Shown: piece by piece, positions 52,907 through 64,000 of the stretch
Position numbering within the stretch: position 1 is the first letter of the stretch
Layout: every line of letters begins with the position of its first letter
DNA from: Ruditapes philippinarum
Taxonomy: Eukaryota
Direction: 5' to 3'
Assembly: GCF_026571515.1 (NCBI RefSeq)
Contig: NW_026861243.1
Coordinates: 310,001 to 374,000 of the forward strand
Length of the DNA stretch: 64,000 nt
Notes under the pieces: model-generated
The model's input: the letters and a program-made list of their open reading frames with translations, nothing else
What the model was told of the DNA's origin: nothing
Databases searched by the model: none
Position numbers and translations under genes: made by a program

Positions 52907-53860
52907 CGAGGGATGTTCCAAAATTATTGTTACTTTTGTGTTTGATATAAGTCGTTAAGATCATTTTAACTTGTCCTGTCCCACAAAATACTCCCTCTCT
53001 ACTCCAATGCACGTTATCAGCCGATCAATCCATACTCTGCAATGAGAATATTTATACGATACTGGTAAATGGCAGAGCCTAGAGCATTTCTTGATTTGTA
53101 TTTTTCCAGACAGGTGAAAATTTAGTTTGGAGAACAAGAAATAGTCACAGGGGGCTAGGTCTGGTGAAAAAACTCCGTTACAATTCGTGCCTTGTGGGCT
53201 GGAGCATTGTCATGCAAGAGTCTGAGGTACTTCAAACCTGTTTGTGGGCGGCGGCGTTTATAGTGTTTCTTAAGTTTGCGAAGTACAACGTCTCTATAGT
53301 ACCAGCCTGTGAAAGTTCTACCTTTCGGCACAGGAATTTGCACGACTGGGCCGTTGTTATCAAAGAATATTACATACAAAAACTTTCTCACGGTTGATAT
53401 TCCTTAAGCAATGCTAGGGCGCCTTGCGTTTTTGGTGGCCCAGATTTGATTAGAGCATTTCCGTTTGGGTTAAAAAATACACACATGTTTCGTCACCTGT
53501 GACCAAATTGCCGAAAGCCTTTTGCTGTATTTCAAAATTTTTTAAACACAAGTTTAGCCTTTTCAACTCAGGACCTCTTTTGGTCGCCAGTTAGTAAATG
53601 TGGTTTCCTACAAGCATTAATCTTACTTAGCCCGCATTCTAGCTAACTGCCTGACAGTGTACCTTGCGTTTTTATTCAGGATTTGTCGAATTCTTTCAAT
53701 GTTATGTTTTGTCGTTGTTGTTGCAGGGCGTGAGGGTGTGAGCAGCATCTTTCAGCTGCTGGTGTCCCGACTTAAATCGACCATCCCACCTACAAACAGT
53801 CATATACGACATTTGACCCTCCCAATAAATAACCAAAGGGGTCACACTATTATGACTTGT
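52907..53860 (-). mobile_element. Decayed mariner (Tc1/mariner) transposon with transposase pseudogene
   Basis: TA + cgaggg terminus at 52905. Motifs across frameshifts: WKPHLLT (cf. WVPHxL), LVTGDETCVY, LLHDNAPAHKA, PCDYFLF. Confidence 0.85.
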
Positions 53861-53874
53861 TTCAAATTATTAAC

Positions 53875-53875
<1 letters not shown>

Positions 53876-53913
<38 letters not shown>

Positions 53914-53935
53914 AAAAAAGAAAGAAAGAAAGAAA
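53876..53935. repeat. (AAAG)n microsatellite
   Basis: Seen directly. Confidence 0.92.
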
Positions 53936-54489
53936 AGACAGGACATTACGTGTAAGGGGAAGATACTCTAACTATACTGCGTGGTTTAATGTTGAAAAAG
54001 TTTAGTTTCATGGAAAGTACGAAATCTTTCTTAAGACCAACCTGAGAAATTTTGCGCTTCAAACAAAATGTCCTAGCTTATGACTCCTGTACTTAGACTC
54101 CTTTAATTACTGAATGATTTGCTATTCAAAAGTTTCATTACAAGATGTGCCTTGTTAACTTTCAGTTCGATTAACCCATTGTGGATTAAATACCGTGCCA
54201 TTGGCTTTTCTTAACTATTTTAGGAGAATGAATCTTAATTTAAGTCTAAAGTCCATGAATGAGAATTGAAAAATCCTAAAATTTGTCTATCGTCCCAGGA
54301 CTTGGGATACATTTAGGACTCTTATATGATTGATATCAATATAGAAACTTTCATATTTTTGAAATAAAACCCGTGAATTTTAATTTTGCAGACTACCAAA
54401 TGTCTCGTTTGTTATAAGTAAATGTCTTAATTTTGCCTCCGAAAAAAAGTATCTCTTCATTTAAAGAAATTAATACGATAAAAATAAAT

Positions 54490-55107
54490 CAAAGCCAGAA
54501 AAGGCCGGTGACATTTGTATACCAAATATCAATCATGAGGCTGTTATGTTACTAAATTTTTCTACAATTAACCATTACTGTCCAAAATTTAACTAAGTCT
54601 GTAAACAGGAAGTGGATGAGCAACAAACCTGAAATATGGGATCATGTATTTATGCTGTATACCAAATATCAAGACGCTTTGAAAAGTAGTTGCTGAGAAA
54701 ACTGTTACGAAAAGCTCAACCATTGACAATTGATGTCGTATAACCGAATGAGCGACAGACCTGAAATCGAATCCTACGGTATGGGACCACATTTTAATGC
54801 GGTACATTAAATATCAAGGGGCTGTGATAAGTAGTTGGTAAGATAACTGTTTCGAAAATTCCCTACCATTGACCATTAATGGCGAAAATTTAACTAAGTC
54901 GGTAAACAGGACGTGGATAAGCGACAGACCTGAAATCGAATCCAACGATATGGGACTACATGGTTATGCTGTATACCAAATATCAAAAGGCTATGATAAG
55001 TTGTTGCTGAGAAAACTATTACGAAAATTGCCCGCCCGCAAAACTGCCCAACATTCACTATAATACTATAACCTGGGTTTGCACCTGTGTAACCCGGCCA
55101 AACAACT
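54490..55107 (+). mobile_element. Helentron/HINE-type element with ~140-170-bp internal tandem repeats
   Basis: Four units sharing tgtataccaaatatcaa..agtagttgctgagaaaa..acgaaaa; 3' hairpin cctgggtt..aacccgg. Confidence 0.6.
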
Positions 55108-56102
55108 GATTTTATCATTAAACACGATATCTTTACTTTTTATTACCTCAAAATATTGTAATTTTATTGCTTTATTCCTTTTTAAAGAATAAAAAACATT
55201 TTGTTCAAGACAGTAGCCTGTCTAAACTACTCTTTTTATTGTTTTAATTCTTTACAAAGATTTCTATGTAAAAGTGAGTTTATCTACATAAGACACATTT
55301 ACCATAGAAATTTCAAGCATTGATGAAAAAATTAAATAATTTTATCATTTGGAATTCTTATAAAACATGTTTATTTAATGGAAAAAAAATATTGATAAAG
55401 TTCGAAGTAATTTAGTATAAGCACTTATATGATGAATATTGATATTTTGTTCTAGAACTATTTATTGTCCGCTATAAATATATCATATCGAATCATATGA
55501 ATCTTTCATTTAACAACAACATCTTTATGTAATAGTTCATTGTCACATGATTCAAAACTATCAACAAAATAATTAATGACATTCAACACCTAGCATTATA
55601 TACCAATCAATTTTGAATTCAGTTTATCTATCTCGATCTATTTTTTGTATTTCAAATGTGCATGTTATAAAAAAGTAATGTACGAGTAAAAGCTATTATT
55701 GAAAAGGGAATTGTATACCAGCAAACATCATATAATAACAATACTAATATCAATTCAGAAGATCGAAACTTAATAATTATTTAGTTTTTATTGTGCTTTC
55801 TCAAGTATTAGTATGGTCAATTACGTGCTGACAAGACTAATGATTTGAGGCATGCAGCAAGAAAGTAACTGCATAAAGTAATTCAACTTTCAAGGTTGGG
55901 GGAATAAAATATTCACAGCACTAAACGTTGCAGTTTTATATCATCTACTAGTATTTACTAGACGAAAGAAGTCAGTGAAACATACAATACTGTTTTATGT
56001 GATCAAACACCGTCACCCAACGATACAGGGGTAACAACAAAGATAACTTCGAATCATCAGACACACCTTGCAATAAAATTTAATGCATATAGTACTGTGG
56101 TG

Positions 56103-57221
56103 TACGGTGGCACAAAGGTGACATGTGTGTATTTTTATTTATCTCGTGGCCACGAGATACTATGTCGTGGCAACGAGTTACTAAGTCGTGGCCATGAGAT
56201 AGCTAAGTCGTGGCAACGAGATACTATATCGTGGCAACGAGTTACTAAGTCGTGGCCACGGGTTACTAAGTCGTGGCCACGAGATAGCTAAGTCGCGGCC
56301 ACGAGATACTATGTCGTGGTCACGAGTTACTAAGTCGTGGCCACGAGATAGCTAAGATAATTAACCAATCAGAATACACTATATATATTATGAATTTTTA
56401 AACTTAACAACTTACTTTTACATGCAACATTAATCTTTGAAAATCTTGAAGATATTCACTTTGAAATTGTCTGTAGAATCATATTAGAAAGTCACCTTCC
56501 AAGGCCCATTAGAGGTTAATTTTCACTATAGCTCTTTGTTGGGACAATTTTGAGATCGAATTGGTCAGTTTGTATGTACCACGGCCTGTTAACCTTGTTT
56601 TTACGATAACATGAGAAAGAATAAGTCCTGGTTTATTTTATTTGGAAGGGACATTGCCCATGGACAGTAGATAGCCTATAAGGTAAAATCATTGTCTGAT
56701 GAATAATTTAGAAGGGATAAGCCATGGTTAATATAACACAGAAAGATCATTGCACCTGATCAGTAGATGACATCTAATAATTTCGAGGTCATTGGGTCAA
56801 AAATCAGGGTCACAGTGACGCTAAATGTAAAATTATTGACCAGTCAATCAGTTGTATAGATGGCACTGGTGAAGTAGGGGCATCCTTGTACTATAGCACA
56901 CGTCTTGTTAATTCGGGAAATTCATATAAATGGTGTAATGTGATTGGTTATTTATCTCATGGCCACGACTTAGCTATCTCGTGGCCAAGACTTAGTAACT
57001 CGTGGCCACGACATAGTGTCTCGTGGCCACGACTTAGCTATCTCGTGGCCACGACTGAGAAACTCGTGGCCACGACAAAGTAACTCATGGCCACGACATA
57101 GTATCTCGTGGCCACGACTTAGTAACTCGTGGCCACGACATAGTAACTCGTCGCCACGACATAGTATCTCGTAGCCACGAGATAAATAAAAACACACACA
57201 TGTCACCTTTGTGCCACCGTA
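56103..57221. mobile_element. Non-autonomous element with TACGG..CCGTA termini, 6-bp TSD and inverted arrays of tcgtggccacga (IS3EU-like)
   Basis: TIR tacggtggcacaaaggtgacatgtgtgt; TSD gtggtg at 56097-56102 and 57222-57227. Arrays of ~21-22-bp units in both arms. Confidence 0.87.
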
Positions 57222-57556
57222 GTGGTGGCACAGCTTTGAGTTGTCAAAAACCCTACTATACTTTCCTATAATGTTGCAAAAATGTACTTTCTTCCATATC
57301 CAATTATCGCATGACATCGCTTCTTTTCCTTTTGTGAATTAATTTAATGTTAAATTCACATCGAATACACCTTTAACGTTTGCACAACCAGGCGTTTCAA
57401 TTTAAATCATCACTGGGTCTAATTTTATCAAGAAAACTTCGTTGTCATTTACTTAGTCCAAAATGTCTGTGATAAATCCATAATATTTTCCACCTAGTCT
57501 CGTTTTCGTTTTATCGAGTTCAAAAATTCATATCAAATCTATATTGTACTCAAAGT

Positions 57557-59532
57557 GAGTGTATGACATCTCGACCCCTTGACACGTCGAACCATTGACA
57601 CCTCGACCCCTAAGACATCTCGACCCATGATGCTTAGACCCCTAAGACACTTAGAGCCCTTAAATTTACTGGACATTTCGACCCCTTATTCTATAATGTA
57701 CTTGAAGACGTTAACTTAGAATAAGTAATGTGCATAACGACGTTAATATAGTAAACAAAGTAATTTTAATTACAACTTTGAATATTATATATATATAATC
57801 TAATAGATATACTGAATAATAAGTGGAATCATATTAAACCGTTATTTGTTATACACAATTATTCATCAAGTCAAGTATTTTATGTAAAGAATAGAAACAC
57901 ATGCACTGAATTTAAACAGAAAGTATATATACATGTATTATGTATGTATGTATGTATACATAATATCATAATTACAGTAATTGCAATAGAAATAGTAAAT
58001 GTTATTTGTTATGATATAAATATATATCAGTCGTATGGTAATTCCTCTTTTTCTTAGCAAACATTTTCATTATTTCCATGTGCATTTGTTTGTTAATTTC
58101 TGTAAATCGAACCACTAATATCAGAAAATATAAGGCTTTTGGTTCTTTAAATACTATATGTTAATGAAAAACATGTACGTGTGTTGTTATACATGAAATA
58201 AAAATATTTTTCGAGGACGTTAGTATGGAATTACTTAAATATCAAGAACTTTTTAATCATTAAAGCGTAATAAATTTCGAAAAGTAATAAAAAACTTCGT
58301 AAGTTGACTCAAGTCAATAATGCCAAAAAATAAGTTATGTTAGCATTAAAAAAATCCTTATCTGACACTGAAGTCACAAGCAAAATCAAAATATCACTAA
58401 TACCAGTACAGTATTAATGTACCAACATTTAATTTTTCATATGACATTTGTGTTAGATACATTTTAATATAATGGTATTACATACATGTTATCGATGTAT
58501 CAATGCTCACGCTCTTATCATGTCTGTCCGCCGCCATTGAATGTATGCCTATGAATATGTAATATGTTTATATATTTTAATAAAATAATTAATCTGAATG
58601 TTACATATAATAATTTCTTTCCCAATCAGAAAATCTCGTTTACATGAAATGCAGCTTCTTTTCTTTTTCGCACAACAACAACAATTTGGTAATTGGCAGA
58701 ATGTTTATCACAGGTGTTAATTACCGATAATTAAATAACCAATGACACCTGGCTGATGTTTATTGGGCACGCGTTTCACACCATTTAGATTATGTGTTTA
58801 AGAGTTATTGACTTTAAGATTTTAAATAATTTTCTTAACTTGTTATTGTCGAAAATATTGCTTTTGAAGCTTATTTTGGAAATATTTCACTCAATTTATG
58901 AGATAAGAAAATGTTTAATGAAAAATGAGATGTAATAAAACATTTTGAAATTAACATCATTTTTTATGTTACAAATTATATAAGAAATAGATGAGACTAT
59001 TTCTTTTTCGTCAATATAACCACAATTCTACATATCATAATTTACACTATAGTTGTAAATTATAGTACACGTAATTCTCGAAATACGTTTAAATGATAAT
59101 TAATTGAATTTTCAAATTACAACCATTAATTGATTGATTGATATTTTGTTTTTGAATTCATAATGTAAATATCATAGAAAAAATGAGACCATCGCTACTT
59201 TGACAAGTCAATTCAATATATAACATAAATTAATTAGGCATGTAAAATAATTCATTGCCAATATAACACGCCTGTGTTTGTCACAGAAAAATAAACTAAA
59301 TCTTAACAAACTTATAGAAATTGTAAATATGAATTAACACGCAATGCACAAATCGCGCATTTTCATTATTATCATTATCATAATTCCTTCAGTTTTAGTC
59401 TGGGGGTCGAAATGTCTTACCCACTAGGGGTCGAAAAGTCATGTTAAAAGGGGTCTAAGTGTCAAAGGGTCAAGAAGTTATCTTAATATCGTAAGTGGTC
59501 GAGAAGTCAAGGGGTCTAAATGTCTTACTTGC
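57557..59532. mobile_element. Non-autonomous DNA transposon, 8-bp TSD, subterminal gacatctcgacccc repeats (hAT/Mutator/Merlin unresolved)
   Basis: TSD ctcaaagt at 57549-57556 and 59533-59540; inverted repeat arrays at 57565-57686 and 59402-59525. Confidence 0.75.
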
Positions 59533-59674
59533 CTCAAAGTACCATTGTTTTTTTCAAAATGGTTAAGCTTAATGGTGTAAAATTAATTAGTGAAATCTAC
59601 GTTGAATACACTACTGATTCTGCTGGACTCATAATAGCGCCTAGTCCAATATAAATTGACCTTGATATGATCTC

Positions 59675-60061
59675 CATATATTTAGTCTTTAGTGTTAGTA
59701 TTGCTGGCCTATTCTTTCAAAATAATTTTTGCAATGATGCTTGTTCTAAATTATAAATAATTCACATAATAATTCTAGGAAGTTATGAAATATTTTTACA
59801 AACAAGGTGCTTTCCTAAAATAGACTCAGTCAGTTAGCTTCCGTGTGATTTTCTAGCAGAAGAAAACAGGTACATTTTCAAGTATATTTATATTATATAT
59901 CAAAATATTACAGATTTTGGCTCTTTTTTATTTCTTTCAATATAACAACATAAGTAATTTTCTAAAACTTTTACTTTACAGCATCTTCTAAAATTTATTT
60001 TTGTGGAGGTCCAACTTGTACGAACACCGGTATTTACAGCTATGCTGAAATCATGTTTGAC
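59675..60061 (+). pseudogene. Third, truncated fragment of the receptor family (A-type intron 3 + first ~27 codons of exon 4)
   Basis: Aligns by eye with 38229-38615. Acceptor at 59981, then ASSKIYFCGGPTCTNTGIYSYAEIMFD; homology stops abruptly. Confidence 0.8.
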
Positions 60062-61138
60062 AGAATTAATAGTTTATCTTACATGCGGAATATATTTGAA
60101 CCCGTGCACAGGTTGAGAACGCATAGTAAACTCGCTTGATGGCTCGTCAAATATAGTGTCTCCAGTTTTAAAATGTCTTTCTGTTCTCATATCGTATAGT
60201 TTAATAATGAATACATTAGCTTGTAATTATTGCGTTGGTTTACATCGGAAAATACTATAACAACAATATGATAACATTTTTATACGAATTTGTTTTAGTT
60301 TGCTTGTGTTGGAATCTACATACTTAAACCAGACAACAGCTTGCACATGACAGGTTTTGAACCCACGCATCCAGCAATCCTAACTAGGCCCAAACGTTAA
60401 CAACTCGGCTTCATCGCCACTGTAGGTCACCAGGATGATAATTGCAGTATCGTTGAATGTCGTCAGGACTAGAAAAATGGGAAGAAATCATACCGACTTT
60501 AAATTATTCAACGACAGAATTGTCTTTCGGTTGTTTTTGTTAAACAGTGGTCAACGTATCCACGACTCCATCAATCTTTTTGCATTTATGTGACTTCTAT
60601 CAATAATCATAAAGCGTTTTACACCTAAGAAGACAAGATATATCTTTCATATCATTTTTGAGAATAATTTTGGTTGGTTATGTAATAGAAAGAACATCTC
60701 TGATGTGTACGAGGGGCGTAGCCTTGGAGATTCAATCAATTTGACGAGTATTTTGATTGTATAAAAGGCAAAAATAAATATTGTCACCATCGTCTCAGAA
60801 AAAAGTTAATATACAAGCATCATTATATGACTTTTCTATCGTTATCCTTTTCTTTTTCGTCACATTAAAGCCGCAGAAAACAGGAAATCAACGGGCAATC
60901 CCTACAGGCAGTGCGGTAACTGGAGTGCGTACAATTGATACCTGTTATCCAGTTAACGCATTGTGCATGTTTGGGTATACGATTTAACTCTGATATATTT
61001 TCAATAGAAAGGTCTCCAAACTATGATGCAAATAGTAAAATACAAAATTCGATAATTTCTCTAGTATATTAACACTGTAAAGGACACAGGTAATACCAAA
61101 CACACATGTTTGAACTTATAAATAAACGATTGAAATGC

Positions 61139-61548
61139 CTACATTGCCTTAATTAGAAATCCAGTAAAACTTGGAAGTCCAAATGCAACATTGGCATAAA
61201 GCCATTCCCCAGTAGTTGAATGTGTGACAAACACATCGTCCCCCTTCATAATGTGGATGATAAATACTTTGGAATTGCATTCTGCTGCCCAACCATTGCC
61301 AGCAATAACTTTACCGATGATCAAGTCTTTAACGTTTATTTCTAAAACAATATAATGCTGGGCTTCAGAGCAAGCAGTAATAGTGAATTGGTACAGACCA
61401 TTTACAGGTGCAACAAATATACCATGTCGAGGGTTATATGCATTACCGATATTCGTTTTTACATCATCAAAATAAATGTGGTGGTTTGTGCCACGCTCAT
61501 GTGTCGTTAGATATGCCATAAACGCAACAACTGTTGTTGACTGGTTCA
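61139..61548 (-). CDS. C1qDC protein, exon 2 (globular C1q domain)
   Basis: Acceptor ttttcag|. VAFMAYL..IYFDDVKTNIGNAYNPRHGIFVAPVNGLYQFT..KGDDVFV..SFTGFLI are canonical gC1q motifs. About 238 aa in total. Confidence 0.93.
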
Positions 61549-61911
61549 CTGAAAAATATACCAACAGTAATTGTTTAAAAATTTTATGTACAAGTAGCCA
61601 ATAACTTTTCTTTCATCAAAATCAGTATTAAAATATATTTATCATTTTTACATTTGATTTTTAGTAATATCATAGATTTAAAATTAGGTCAACTTCAATC
61701 CAACTTATGAAATGCAAGTTTATTATCCATCACATTATGTCAACATTGGAGGTTGGAGTTCAATAAGTTGAGTATATAAGTCTGTTTAAGTTTGCAAAAA
61801 AAAAAGAGGAAAAAAGTGATAACTATGGCAAATTTATAAAGGCTTAAGGCAGTCTATCATTTTGATAGTATTTTTTTATTTTCTTTGCAATAAATTGCTA
61901 TGTAGTATTAC

Positions 61912-62218
61912 CTATATGAGCTTTAAGCATTTCAACGTCCTTTTGAAGGCTATGAATGGCGGCCGATGTCGCATTCTCATACTTTAACGTAGCAAGATAT
62001 TGCCCTTTCAACCACGCAACGTCTTGGACTATATATTGCAAGGATGTGTTTCCCGTCACATTTCCACTTAATCCAGCGACCGTATTTTCCAGTTTTGTCA
62101 GCCGATTCACAATTGTGTAAAAATTATTATCTAATAAAATTCGCTTTGTTGAAGAGATAAAACAACTTTGAAATAGAACTAGTACTAATAAGTGCAGGAT
62201 TTGTAACATCTTAAACAT
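61912..62218 (-). CDS. C1q-domain-containing (C1qDC) protein, exon 1 (signal peptide + coiled coil)
   Basis: MFKMLQILHLLVLVLFQSCFIS signal; heptads RLTKLENTV and IHSLQKDVEMLKAH; donor g|gtaata, phase 1. Confidence 0.82.
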
Positions 62219-64000
62219 CTTGGCTTTCTCATTAAGTACGTAAGAATAATATGACAACTTTAAATGCTGATAAAAGATAATTGTGTCAATGTAAATGAAG
62301 GTCTATGACGATAAGGCAACTTTTATATGTATGTGCTACTCTTTTAGAGAGGTCAATGATAATGTAAACACTAAGCTGTTGTAAGGATTAAAGGGACGCC
62401 ACTGAGGTATTTTTGACATAATGGGACTGGATATAATTTCTCGAGATTTTACGATTCGATGTAAGTCCTGACCAACAACTTGTATATATTTAAAAAATGT
62501 ACGCTTGATATTTGTAAGAATCACAACTTTTATGTTTTTAGAATTCTTTACCGCAGTTGAGCTTCTTTAAGTGTTGAAAGATACAAGTATAGCAGTTTTC
62601 TAAATTGGATTTATTTTCATGGCTGTAAAGTATTCTAAATTGGCTAGATAAAAAAGAAAACAATTAAAATGCAAAAAGTAACATAACAGCAACAAATTGA
62701 CACGATGAAAAATGGAACCTTAAGGCCACATGATTTTGACTGTACTGAAGCCTAAAAATAACAAAGAGTGATGTTTGGAGAGTAGTCATACCGACATTGC
62801 AACGAAAAAAGGTTAGTTATAATCCGAGGAATGCCAGGGCATGAAAAATTAAACAAGAACCATTCGATAAAATTTGATTGCTTTGTCTTTTATTTTTTAC
62901 ACTTTGATGAATCCCGAGACAATTGCAACTTTTTAGATTGCACCGGTGTAGACCCTTTGACCCACCGTACTTATGATATTAGTAAATATGACTACTTTCC
63001 TTTTCTGATAGAGTGTGTTGTTCTCTATGAGTAAAATTCATAGTTCTTATGCTGAAAATTTTTGTCTTTTTTTTTTGAAACGATAACATGAGAGTCACAA
63101 GAGTACATGACATTTTATAATTACTATCCCATCTTTCATGGAACAAATCTTATCCTAAGGTAAAAAGGGTCTAGTATGGTTTGACAAATTGCATTTTACA
63201 AAGCTAACTTTCGGCATCAATCGTGCAAAGGTTTTCATTGGTTTACAAGTAAGGAAAATAAAAAAATAAACAAATTGACAAATTTAAGATGTGTTTTATC
63301 TGCTAAAAAATTACAAGTAAATGTGTATACGATAATAATCAGGATCTAAAACTATCTATTCTAACTTCTCAGATTTAAAAGAAATCTGATGCATCAAGTA
63401 ATAGTTACATTACAGTTCAGAGTTAATAAATCTCTTCGTAGGTCTGTACAATAGTTGTGAGTATTTTCATCTGTATCATTTGGCAGTAATGTTTACGATA
63501 ATTCATCTTTTTTATTATTCTTATGTAATTATGTTGCCACAGTTTCATTCTAAATGCCAGTCTAGCCAGATCGATTGTTCAAGATAACCATTCTTTATAC
63601 TAGCGTTTTAAATTCTTTTAAGTTATTTGATATTTAGATAAACAGATCCAAATTATATGTTCTTCATTGGTCATCAGAGAACATTTCCAGAATTAAACAT
63701 ATACACATAAATTGTATCTTTCTTTACATCTTTCAAGGAACAGCTTTTGTTGATTATGTTATTTATTAATTTTTGTACATCAATCATGTCAATGGTGTTT
63801 TTTCCAGTTATTTTCCACAAACTTAAATATTTATCCCATTGTTATTCAAAATGTATGTACACAGAAAGTTAATTAATTTAACAGCAACATATTTAAAAAG
63901 CAGATAATATCACACAAAAAAGATAATATAAACAGTACACTCAAACATAGTATATTACCAAGAAATTCAGCCCATCTTAAGAATTCATAAAATATCCAAA

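Noticed and set aside
56141-57182. CRISPR-like array of palindromic repeats (also 24061-24333 and 48700-49080)
   Set aside because: Intervening sequences are short and themselves repeated, there are no cas genes, the context is eukaryotic, and two of the arrays sit inside TIR/TSD-bounded MITEs.
63150-63990. Possible decayed LINE ORF2 3' region on the minus strand
   Set aside because: Only vague resemblance; no diagnostic RT or endonuclease motif could be read.

Overview
AT-rich eukaryotic genomic DNA with GT-AG spliced genes. A bivalve mollusc is the most likely source (inferred from a C1qDC gene, tRNA-derived SINEs and Helentron-type repeats). Four genes can be built by hand from splice sites and reading phase. 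(1) A minus-strand secreted protein with repeated chitin-binding type-2 (peritrophin-A/CBM14) domains, 12648 to about 305, possibly continuing past the window start. (2,3) Two convergent paralogous type-I membrane proteins, A (+, 34969-41678) and B (-, 52270-44904). They share a Cys-rich SUEL/rhamnose-lectin-like domain, a CUB-like domain, a Thr/Pro mucin stalk and one TM helix. Their ectodomain tips are 91-98% identical but their TM exons only about 36%. A has a ~245-aa Tyr-motif-bearing tail with one ITIM match; B appears to have a tail of only ~7 aa and an Asn in the TM. This resembles a paired inhibitory/activating (or decoy) receptor system and is the best candidate here for an undescribed system. 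(4) A two-exon C1q-domain gene (-, 62218-61139). The window also holds a third fragment of the receptor family (59675-60061), a decayed mariner, several non-autonomous DNA transposons with recognisable TIRs and TSDs (one with RSS-like CACGGTG ends and a 5-bp TSD), SINEs, mini/microsatellites, two N gaps and patches of apparently error-rich assembly. About 14-34 kb has no convincing gene. Domain and TE family names come from motif recognition, not database searches.
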